The notes under the pieces are model-generated. The model ran no database searches. It was not told the DNA's origin and saw only the letters and a program-made list of their open reading frames with translations. Shown one piece after another: positions 18,319 to 26,048 of a stretch of 34,213 nucleotides of DNA. Within the stretch, counting starts at the first letter, position 1, and each line of letters begins with the position of its first letter. The stretch comes from a virus (taxonomy: Duplodnaviria; Caudoviricetes). Location: positions 1-34,213 of IMG/VR virus record IMGVR_UViG_3300025035_000576; one strand, 5' to 3'. A program made the position numbers and the translations under genes.

Positions 18319-19736
18319 TGGCGAACTCTCCTTCTCCTTCTCCCTTAGAGACGGCTGCGACTTCTTTTCAACAAGAAGATTCGGACTTCGCATTCCGCAA
18401 TGAGAGATGCGTACTAGGACATGCTACAGGCCTAGGCAAAACCTTCATTAGCATGTTAACATGGCGTAAATGGTTGGCGGCTGGACAGAGAGTGGATCGG
18501 GTATTGATTGTTGGGACCAAGTCGTCTTTGATGACCTGGCAGTCGCAGCTGTTAAAATGGTGCGGTATTAACACCATCTCATTGAAGGGGTACAGCGATC
18601 CTTTATGGGAGACAGCACTTAATAAAAATATCCCGGGAGTCTATATAGTTTCCTATGCCTCCTTTAGAGGTCTAGTGTGGAGTGTTCCGAAGTCGCGTAA
18701 AATGTCTTTTGACTTAGTGATCCTTGACGAGTTAGATCAGTTCCTTCGTAAACGGAATCTAACCTTTAAGGCCCTAAAAAGGGTGCAAAGCAGATACTTC
18801 ATCGGATGCACTGCGACTTGGGCCAGTAGAGGACCTCAAGACCTTTGGCCAATACTCAACTATATTAGCCCCAAAGAATTCCGATCGTATTGGCAATTCA
18901 TCTATACCTGGTGTATCGTCGAAAAAGGTGTCTTTGGTGTTGAGATAGGCGGACCTCGCGATGCAGCAAAATTGGCAGCAATGTTACGTGGATCTTATTA
19001 CGTAAGCCGTACCTGGGCAGAGGCTGGAAGACAATTCGTCACTAGCCCCGCTAATCCTGCCGAGCCTAATAAAGTTTGCGGTCCTGTAATTCGACGCCCT
19101 TTGCGACTGCCAATGTCCGCGACGCAAAGAAAATTATACGATGCTTTGGAACGGGACATGTACTTGATTTGCGAAAATCAAACCATTTTGACATCCTCAA
19201 GGCTCGCGACTTTAATGAAATTGCAACAATTGGCCTTGTGTCCTAGGATAGTTGTTGAGAGGGGAGAGTATGGACCTGCCATTGACTATTTAGTGGGGCA
19301 AGTTAAAGAGGAACCGCATACTGTAATCTTCTCGCCTTTTAGGACGGCGTTAAATTGCCTAGAACAAGGTCTATTGACATCAGGCATTAACAAAAATAGG
19401 GTATTTAAAATTATGGGCGGAACGGAGCCCGCAGAATTACCCGAAATCATCGCTAAATGGAAAGAGAATCGAGGAGTCCTGCTCTGCACTATTTCTTTCG
19501 CTCAAAGTTTCCGGATCGATACAACCAATGTAGCCTACATGCTTGGTTTTTCTTGGGATCCTAATGCCAATTACCAAGCGGAGGGCCGATTGCGGGGCTA
19601 TGATTCAATTATAACAGTACCTTGCCTGGTAAATTACATCATCATGGAAGACTCAGTCTACGACGATGTACGTGAGGTCCTGAACGATAAAGCATACAAT
19701 GTAAATCAGTTCATGGCGCGGAGGTTCTCAAAATGA
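18318..19736 (+). CDS. SF2 SNF2-like helicase
   Basis: TGLGKT (motif I), VILDELD (II), CTAT (III) and QAEGR (VI). Confidence 0.85.
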   Translation: MANSPSPSPLETAATSFQQEDSDFAFRNERCVLGHATGLGKTFISMLTWRKWLAAGQRVDRVLIVGTKSSLMTWQSQLLKWCGINTISLKGYSDPLWETALNKNIPGVYIVSYASFRGLVWSVPKSRKMSFDLVILDELDQFLRKRNLTFKALKRVQSRYFIGCTATWASRGPQDLWPILNYISPKEFRSYWQFIYTWCIVEKGVFGVEIGGPRDAAKLAAMLRGSYYVSRTWAEAGRQFVTSPANPAEPNKVCGPVIRRPLRLPMSATQRKLYDALERDMYLICENQTILTSSRLATLMKLQQLALCPRIVVERGEYGPAIDYLVGQVKEEPHTVIFSPFRTALNCLEQGLLTSGINKNRVFKIMGGTEPAELPEIIAKWKENRGVLLCTISFAQSFRIDTTNVAYMLGFSWDPNANYQAEGRLRGYDSIITVPCLVNYIIMEDSVYDDVREVLNDKAYNVNQFMARRFSK

Positions 19737-19741
19737 GGCCG

Positions 19742-19770
19742 TTGATTTTTGTTTGAGAATTCGTTATAAT
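19742..19770 (+). promoter_or_regulatory. Sigma70-type promoter P3 (recombination and que genes)
   Basis: TTGATT-N17-TATAAT; intergenic. Confidence 0.85.
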
Positions 19771-19804
19771 AATAACTTAGCTTAATCTAGCTTAGGCGAA
19801 CCTC

Positions 19805-21070
19805 ATGAAAAAACATCCGACCGAGTTAAAAGGCTGGACAGATCAAGAAGCTTTGACACTCAGCGAGAGTGCCTTCGATCCTAATGCTTTCATCCTGCGT
19901 ACATCAGACCGCATTTTGTTCAAAAAGTGCCGGAGATTATGGGGGTGGATGAGCCACTTGAAACAAAGTCGTAGCATGAGGGAGCAGGCAGATTATTTTT
20001 GGTTTGGTACGGGAATGCACTACGCCCTAGAAGACTATCATGGCGATAATCGTTATGGGCGCCCAGATATAGCCTTCCAAGCTTACGCCATAGCGACACT
20101 TAGGGCTAATACAGCGCCTCATAACCACTCAGAATTAACACCCTTAGGCATCGCGATGATGGCCTATTACGTCGATACGTGGCTCTGGAATAGAGAACCA
20201 TACAAAACCTTCATATGGAACGGCGTGCCGCAATGCGAAGTTAATGGGCATGTGAATACGGGGTTGGTGACTGCCGAGAATTACCCAATTTATTATGGCT
20301 TTACAATTGACCGAATGGTAGAGGATTGCTACGGACAATTGTGGGTCATGGAATACAAATCCGCCAAGACTTTTAAGTCGGCACATTTGGATGTCGACGA
20401 CCAAGTAACCGCCTACGTATGGTGTGCGCAAGAGCATTACAAGCGTAAAGTCTCAGGCTGTATATATCAGCAGCATAAGAAGCAGGCTCCTCAGGCGCCG
20501 CGCATTCTTAAAAACGGAGAACTATCAGTCTGCAAAACACAAAACACTACAGGGGCTCTGTATAGAGCAGCCGCGAACGCCATATATGGCGACTTGCAAA
20601 AAGCTCCCCCAGATGTAATGAAATGCTACGAGACCTTAATTTCGGTTGAGGACTATGATGGGGATAAATTCATCTCGCGTCAAAGCATCAGCAGAAACGA
20701 ACATCAGATTGCGTCTTTTGAGCAGAAACTTCAAATGGAAATTGAGGACATCTGCAATAGCGATTTGCCGCTTTACCCCAATCCTACGGCAATGTGCGAA
20801 TACATGTGCCCCTTGATGTCGGCATGTGTAGCCATGGATAGCAATGGCGATTACCAGAGCGAACTAGATGATTTAACCGTAGCAGCCGCAAATGGCTTAA
20901 CCCAGAGAGAAAAGGAGCAATCAAAATGGCGCAACCTATTACCACACCCAAGCGAAATATCCCTGACGCCGCAGCTAAACCAACAGGAGCAGGCACAGGA
21001 GCGAAACCTGTGGCAGGAATCAGACAAGGAGCCGCAAACACTATTCCTTCAGGATCTCGGACTGTTGTAG
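19805..21070 (+). CDS. PD-(D/E)XK (Cas4/RecB-like) exonuclease
   Basis: KCRR, FGTGMHYALE, IDRM...VMEYKS, QVTAY and the C-terminal CEYMC..MSAC Cys cluster. Confidence 0.85.
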   Translation: MKKHPTELKGWTDQEALTLSESAFDPNAFILRTSDRILFKKCRRLWGWMSHLKQSRSMREQADYFWFGTGMHYALEDYHGDNRYGRPDIAFQAYAIATLRANTAPHNHSELTPLGIAMMAYYVDTWLWNREPYKTFIWNGVPQCEVNGHVNTGLVTAENYPIYYGFTIDRMVEDCYGQLWVMEYKSAKTFKSAHLDVDDQVTAYVWCAQEHYKRKVSGCIYQQHKKQAPQAPRILKNGELSVCKTQNTTGALYRAAANAIYGDLQKAPPDVMKCYETLISVEDYDGDKFISRQSISRNEHQIASFEQKLQMEIEDICNSDLPLYPNPTAMCEYMCPLMSACVAMDSNGDYQSELDDLTVAAANGLTQREKEQSKWRNLLPHPSEISLTPQLNQQEQAQERNLWQESDKEPQTLFLQDLGLL

Positions 21071-21930
21071 CCGCAACTACAAATAGCATTCCGACTATTC
21101 CGTTTACAATTCAACCTCTATCGGACTACGTCAGGTGGCTGAAGATTCTGATCTATGGCGATTATGGCTCAGGCAAAACTCGACTTGCAGGTTCGGCTGT
21201 AATGGTCCCCAATATGCGCGACGTTCTGTTCATCGACTGTGAGGCCGGCGATTTAACTATTGCGACTGAGCCGGAATTTCACGATGTCGCCATCAAGCAT
21301 ATGGACGTGATCAGTGTGAAAACTTTTTCGACGCTGGCGCGAATTCAAGAATTCCTACGCGCACACTGTACCTATCGAGATGCAGATAACACGCAAGGGT
21401 TAAAGCAGTTAGAAGAGAAGCTGATGGGCAGCAATTACAATCCCGACACTCCGCCGAGGACGTATCGAACTGCCATTATCGATTCCCTAACTGAGGCCGA
21501 GACTTATTCGATGTACCAACTCTTGGGCGTGACAGATAAAACTCGACTGGACGAAGAAACGGCTTCACCTGAATGGGCAGAATATAAAAAGAATTATAGC
21601 CAGATTTTGCGGTTGATTCGCAAGTTTCGTGACCTGCCTATGCACATCATATTTACTTCAGGGGCCACATACGTACAGGACGATCAGAAACGTATGCTAT
21701 GGCAACCGTCTCTCTCAGGTAAACTTGCCAAGCAATGTCAGGGATTTATGGATGTAGTCACGTTTGCGCAAGTAGGGCAAGGCGAAAACGGCAAGAAAGT
21801 GCATACGTTCCAAGCGCAGCCATCTAGCAAAATAAATGCCAAATGCCGCTTTTCTAACTTCAAGGAAATGGGCTGGAACAACCCTACAATGCAGACCATT
21901 TTGGATAGCGTAGGATTGGATGGCTCATGA
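20926..21930 (+). CDS. Sak4-like / AAA_24 ATPase (recombinase)
   Basis: LIYGDYGSGKT, FIDCEAG and IIDSLT; lies between the nuclease and SSB genes; AAGGAG RBS. Confidence 0.85.
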   Translation: MAQPITTPKRNIPDAAAKPTGAGTGAKPVAGIRQGAANTIPSGSRTVVAATTNSIPTIPFTIQPLSDYVRWLKILIYGDYGSGKTRLAGSAVMVPNMRDVLFIDCEAGDLTIATEPEFHDVAIKHMDVISVKTFSTLARIQEFLRAHCTYRDADNTQGLKQLEEKLMGSNYNPDTPPRTYRTAIIDSLTEAETYSMYQLLGVTDKTRLDEETASPEWAEYKKNYSQILRLIRKFRDLPMHIIFTSGATYVQDDQKRMLWQPSLSGKLAKQCQGFMDVVTFAQVGQGENGKKVHTFQAQPSSKINAKCRFSNFKEMGWNNPTMQTILDSVGLDGS

Positions 21931-22014
21931 CCTATTGAACAGAATCAAGGGTAGAGGGCCCCTTGGTGTCGCTATTCAGCCCTCAAATAGTCGATAGATA
22001 ACAGGAGTTTCAAA

Positions 22015-22527
22015 ATGGCAAAGAAGCAGAATGAAAATGCAAACATGTTTGGCGGTGCAGATGCAGATGTAGATGCAGACGAGCATGTCGAAGCTGCACA
22101 GGACGACTACGACAACTTGGTGGTTGACCTCAGTGACGTAGACGCAGATGCAGGATCATTTCCTGTAATCCCGCGAGGGGTCTATCCTGCGGCTGTTCTT
22201 GAGCTTACCTACGGGCTGAGTAAGTCCTCAGGGAACCCTATGTGGACTTGGGTGTTTGAAATCACTGAAGGCGAGTTTGCAAGCCGTCGTCTGTTCTTCC
22301 ACACGCCTTTCACGGAGAACATGCGGCCGCGGATCAAGAAGATTCTCAGTCGAATCGCGCCGAACCTTGCAAGTCAGGCGTTCAAGCCGCAGGAAGTGGC
22401 TCAGAATGACGACCTTGTAGGTGTGGAATGTCGCATCCGAGTAGATGTTAAGCCCTACGAGGGTGTTGCTCGCAACAACGTTCGTGATGTGATGGCTGCA
22501 GGAGTTCTTGACGCCGGCTTCATGTAA
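22015..22527 (+). CDS. Single-stranded DNA-binding protein (DUF669-like)
   Basis: IPRGVYPA, SKSSGNPM, FEITEGEFASR and YEGVARNNV; acidic; follows the Sak4-like gene; AGGAG RBS. Confidence 0.8.
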   Translation: MAKKQNENANMFGGADADVDADEHVEAAQDDYDNLVVDLSDVDADAGSFPVIPRGVYPAAVLELTYGLSKSSGNPMWTWVFEITEGEFASRRLFFHTPFTENMRPRIKKILSRIAPNLASQAFKPQEVAQNDDLVGVECRIRVDVKPYEGVARNNVRDVMAAGVLDAGFM

Positions 22528-22558
22528 CAGCGGCTGCGTTATCGTTCAAATGTAAATC

Positions 22559-22612
22559 AAGGGCTCTAGAGGTCGAAGATGGAATTGAAGATTGTCGGCC
22601 ACTAGAGCCCTT
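22559..22612 (+). promoter_or_regulatory. Long intergenic hairpin upstream of queC
   Basis: AAGGGCTCTAG-A-GGTCGA pairs with TCGGCC-A-CTAGAGCCCTT; no U tail; ends about 9 nt before the GGAGG RBS. Confidence 0.6.
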
Positions 22613-22631
22613 CCTATTCCTGGAGGATGCT

Positions 22632-23312
22632 ATGCAAGATAGACGCGCCTTTGTGTTACTTAGCGGCGGACTTGATAGTACAACATGTCTGGCTGTTGCA
22701 CTGCAGTCCTACGACCGCAAACAGATTACTGCCATCTCTTTCGATTACCAGCAACGACATAGCATCGAAATTACCCAAGCAAAATATATCGCGACGGCGA
22801 TGGGGGTCGGGCATAAGGTAATGGCTTTGGAGGAGATGCCGAAAACTATGCTCACTGACAAAGATGCGGCCGTGCCCGATATTTCCTATGGGGATATTAC
22901 CGGAGTATCCCCTATGTATGTACCCTTCCGCAACGGACTTATGTTGTCTAAAGTAGCTTCGTTCGCTGCCGGTACAGTTCCTAATAAAGTTCCCATTGAG
23001 ATCTTTATCGGTACTCATGCAGAAGATGCGGCTAACGATGCCTACCCTGATTGCAGGCTCGACTTTATAGGCGCTATGGGGGCTGCTATGTATATTGGTA
23101 GCTACCATCAGATACGCATACGAGCTCCTCTAATCGAAATGCTTAAGAGCGACATCGTCCGTCTAGGTTTCAGATTGAATGTTCCGTTTGAGCATACTTG
23201 GTCATGCTACAAAGGTGGCGCGGTACATTGTGGCACGTGTGCGACCTGCAGATCTCGCAAGAAAGCTTTCGAGACGGCTCGTGTAGAAGATCCTACGGAG
23301 TACGCAGCATGA
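22632..23312 (+). CDS. queC: 7-cyano-7-deazaguanine synthase
   Basis: LLSGGLDS PP-loop, YQQRH, YVPFRN, YPDCR, TWSCY and HCGTCATC. Confidence 0.97.
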   Translation: MQDRRAFVLLSGGLDSTTCLAVALQSYDRKQITAISFDYQQRHSIEITQAKYIATAMGVGHKVMALEEMPKTMLTDKDAAVPDISYGDITGVSPMYVPFRNGLMLSKVASFAAGTVPNKVPIEIFIGTHAEDAANDAYPDCRLDFIGAMGAAMYIGSYHQIRIRAPLIEMLKSDIVRLGFRLNVPFEHTWSCYKGGAVHCGTCATCRSRKKAFETARVEDPTEYAA

Positions 23313-23785
23313 TCACATGTACTAGATACCATGATTTTTCGTGCGGCCACACTGTCACAGGACATGAAGGTAAATGCATTCATTTACATGGGCACAACTA
23401 CCGTGTTCATTTTACATGCGCCGCCGCAAAACTCGACAGCATAGGTAGAGTCATCGATTTTTCCTGTATCAAAGAAAAGTTGTGCCTCTGGTTGGAGGAG
23501 GAATGGGACCACAGATTTCTGATTTGGCAGGAAGATCCTCGCGCAGCAGCTCTACAATTGCTGGATTCTACTGTGGTCGTCGTGCCTTTCAATCCTACTG
23601 CAGAAATTATCGCGCATGTCCTGCTGTATATTATTGGTCCTAAGCAGCTAGAGGGTACAGGTGTGCAGCTAATAAAAGTGCAGGTTGAAGAGACACGTAA
23701 ATGCAGTGCAACGGCCTACTCGCTGATGCAGCCAATTTCTGAGGAAACACAATGTTCGGAACAAACCCTACCCGAAAAGTCCTAA
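23309..23785 (+). CDS. queD: 6-carboxytetrahydropterin synthase
   Basis: FSCGH, CIHLHGHNY, IDFS, WDH, NPTAE and EET. Start reassigned to the ATG at 23309 (ATGA overlap with queC, GGAG upstream). Confidence 0.95.
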   Translation: MITCTRYHDFSCGHTVTGHEGKCIHLHGHNYRVHFTCAAAKLDSIGRVIDFSCIKEKLCLWLEEEWDHRFLIWQEDPRAAALQLLDSTVVVVPFNPTAEIIAHVLLYIIGPKQLEGTGVQLIKVQVEETRKCSATAYSLMQPISEETQCSEQTLPEKS

Positions 23786-24573
23786 GGGATGATGGTAAAG
23801 TACTTGCTACCCAAGAAATCTTCCTTACTATTCAAGGTGAGGGTCCTTTTGCAGGCGTCCCAGCGCTTTTTATCCGGCTGGCGGGTTGTCATTTAGCTTG
23901 TCATTTCTGCGACACAGACTTCGAAAGCCATATGGAATCCCGCGCTACTGTAAGTGTCGCAGCTGAAGCGCAGGAACTGGCTCGAGGGACTCATCTGTAT
24001 GTGCTTACAGGAGGTGAGCCTCTCAGGCAGAATATCGCGCCACTATGCCTTGCATTACTTGAAAACCCTCTAAATGTCGTACAAATTGAAACGGCCGGTA
24101 ACATTTGGCAAAAAGATTTAACGCCCCTATTCGAGGATCCTGCTCTGGCTCCTCGATTGCATCTAGTATGTTCGCCTAAAACTGTCTCAGCTCATGCACA
24201 GGTACAAAAATACTGTAGACATTGGAAATATATCATCGACGCAGATTTAGGTGTTAACGAAAGCAATGGAATACCTAATTTTAATACCCAGCAAAAAGGA
24301 GTTGTGCAATATAAGGATCTTTTCCATCCTACGAGGGCTGATACTATATGGCTTCAACCTTGTGAGGCGTACAGTACAAGTCGCGTAACCGAAATCCTGG
24401 AGCTACAGCGTCAAAAGGTAAAAATCTCCAATTCCGGCTCTGATCAGGCAATCACGACAGAAGCTCGAGATTTCGTCCGTACAGCCCGTAATATGAAATT
24501 GGCAGTAGAATTGGCGATAAAGTTCAATTATCGCGTGTCATTGCAGCTACATAAGATACTCGGCCTACCCTGA
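23752..24573 (+). CDS. queE: 7-carboxy-7-deazaguanine synthase (radical SAM)
   Basis: EIFLTIQGEG, FIRLAGCHLACHFCDT, LTGGEP, IETAG, VCSPK and SLQLHK. Confidence 0.96.
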   Translation: MFGTNPTRKVLRDDGKVLATQEIFLTIQGEGPFAGVPALFIRLAGCHLACHFCDTDFESHMESRATVSVAAEAQELARGTHLYVLTGGEPLRQNIAPLCLALLENPLNVVQIETAGNIWQKDLTPLFEDPALAPRLHLVCSPKTVSAHAQVQKYCRHWKYIIDADLGVNESNGIPNFNTQQKGVVQYKDLFHPTRADTIWLQPCEAYSTSRVTEILELQRQKVKISNSGSDQAITTEARDFVRTARNMKLAVELAIKFNYRVSLQLHKILGLP

Positions 24574-24596
24574 TACGACTCAATAGGAATTAACCC

Positions 24597-25190
24597 GTGC
24601 GAAAGATTACTAAAAGCAAAGAAGCGTTGGCGATTCAAAACATTGCAGATGCACTGACCAATTTGGGTTACGATTTAACGGACTTCAACTACAAAGATAC
24701 GCCTACGAGATTTGTACAGCACTTGACCGAGTACCATCAGGGCACAGCTGCGATAGATGCTATAATGGAGAAGAGCTTCGATTTCATGCACAAAGTTTCC
24801 GGCTACGCAGGTATGTTGGTCCAAAAGCAGATACCCTTCAATACGATATGCCCACACCACCTGCTCCCCGTTACAGGTACCTGCGCGCTGGGTTATATTC
24901 CGAATGACCGCCTTATCGGTCTGTCCAAGCTAGCTCGCCTAGTCAAGGCAGTGGGCCAATCAAAACCTCTGATGCAAGAAACATGCACAGATCTCATTGC
25001 AGATTACATGGAGCAGAATCTGTGCCCCAAAGGCGTAATTGTAGTAATTTCAGCTACGCATGGTTGTATGCAAGGCCGTGGAATTCGTACGCCACATACT
25101 CCTACTATAACGTCGACAGTTCGAGGTCTTTTCAGGGATGTACCTTCGGCCCGCCAAGAATTCTTTGAACTATGCAAGAGCGGCACTTGA
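24597..25190 (+). CDS. folE: GTP cyclohydrolase I
   Basis: DTPTR, CPHHLLP, IGLSKLAR, QE and HGCMQGRG. Confidence 0.96.
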   Translation: MRKITKSKEALAIQNIADALTNLGYDLTDFNYKDTPTRFVQHLTEYHQGTAAIDAIMEKSFDFMHKVSGYAGMLVQKQIPFNTICPHHLLPVTGTCALGYIPNDRLIGLSKLARLVKAVGQSKPLMQETCTDLIADYMEQNLCPKGVIVVISATHGCMQGRGIRTPHTPTITSTVRGLFRDVPSARQEFFELCKSGT

Positions 25191-25215
25191 TTTTCGATTG
25201 AAATTGGCGTATAAT
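25187..25215 (+). promoter_or_regulatory. Sigma70-type promoter P4 (TGT-like gene to dGTPase-like gene)
   Basis: TTGATT-N17-TATAAT; the -35 box overlaps the folE stop codon. Confidence 0.85.
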
Positions 25216-25241
25216 AATTGTTTCTGAGGAATCAAATCATA

Positions 25242-26048
25242 ATGAGCCTAAAGAAGAGATTCGCTCCCGTAGTACCTTTGAACATTGCAGAGCAATTACT
25301 GGATGGCAACCTTTTAGGTGGCTACCATTTACTTTTGGCCCACGATATTTTAGCTCATCAGAGTCGCTACGAAGTCCTAGCTAAAAATATCAGGGCAAGG
25401 TACTCCGATAGCCTAATCATCATGGACAACAGCCTGATTGAATTGGGCCACGCCTTACAGGCAACGGATTTAATGTCGGCAGCAAGCATCGTCAATGCTG
25501 ACTATATTATTGTTCCGGATGCACTGTCCAACAGCCAACTAACGATAGACATGGCCGCAGAATTTTTGGATACTTACTCCGCATTGGCGTTCAAGAATCA
25601 AAGACCTTTAATGGGAGTTGTACAGGGCCATGATATGTGGAGCTGCACTAGCACATTCCTCGCTATGCGTGAGTTAGGCATTAAAGCCTTTGCTGTTCCG
25701 CGCGTTATTGTAGAGCATATGGGTTCGCGGCAGCCGTTACTTGAATGGCTGCAAGGTTACGACTATCCTATACACCTACTGGGCTTCTCCGACAATATCG
25801 AAGATGACCTCAAGTCTTGCAGGTACTGCAATGTAATGGGTATTGACTCTGCAGTCCCTATCCGAGCTGGGTTGGGGAAACAGCTTCTTGACGTGCAGGA
25901 TACAAAAGCTAGCTATGGTACTAGAGGGGACTACTGGAATTGGCGAGGCGCAATCCCTACACCTCAATGGGTTTGCGTAGAATACAACCTGCGCTATGTC
26001 AATAATTACATCCAGCCAATCGATGGCGAATACAATGGTATGCGATAA
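25242..26048 (+). CDS. Divergent tRNA-guanine-transglycosylase-like (DpdA-like) TIM-barrel protein
   Basis: Ordered motifs IIMDNS, IIVPD, MGVVQG, PIHLLG and GIDSA match TGT-fold catalytic positions; adjacent to folE. Start set at ATG 25242 because the TTG at 25218 lies upstream of the predicted TSS. Confidence 0.72.
   Translation: MSLKKRFAPVVPLNIAEQLLDGNLLGGYHLLLAHDILAHQSRYEVLAKNIRARYSDSLIIMDNSLIELGHALQATDLMSAASIVNADYIIVPDALSNSQLTIDMAAEFLDTYSALAFKNQRPLMGVVQGHDMWSCTSTFLAMRELGIKAFAVPRVIVEHMGSRQPLLEWLQGYDYPIHLLGFSDNIEDDLKSCRYCNVMGIDSAVPIRAGLGKQLLDVQDTKASYGTRGDYWNWRGAIPTPQWVCVEYNLRYVNNYIQPIDGEYNGMR

Noticed and set aside
19805-21070. Cas4 / CRISPR system
   Set aside because: No array or other cas genes. 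The nuclease-Sak4-SSB context indicates a recombination module.
22556-22625. preQ1-I riboswitch upstream of queC
   Set aside because: GGGCTCTAG superficially recalls the GGTTCTAG core, but the short P1 stem and the A-rich 3' tail are missing; the region forms a long hairpin instead.
23198-23308. Long N-terminal extension of QueD from the ORF track
   Set aside because: It overlaps the queC Zn-binding region; the ATGA-coupled start at 23309 has an RBS and gives a normal QueD.
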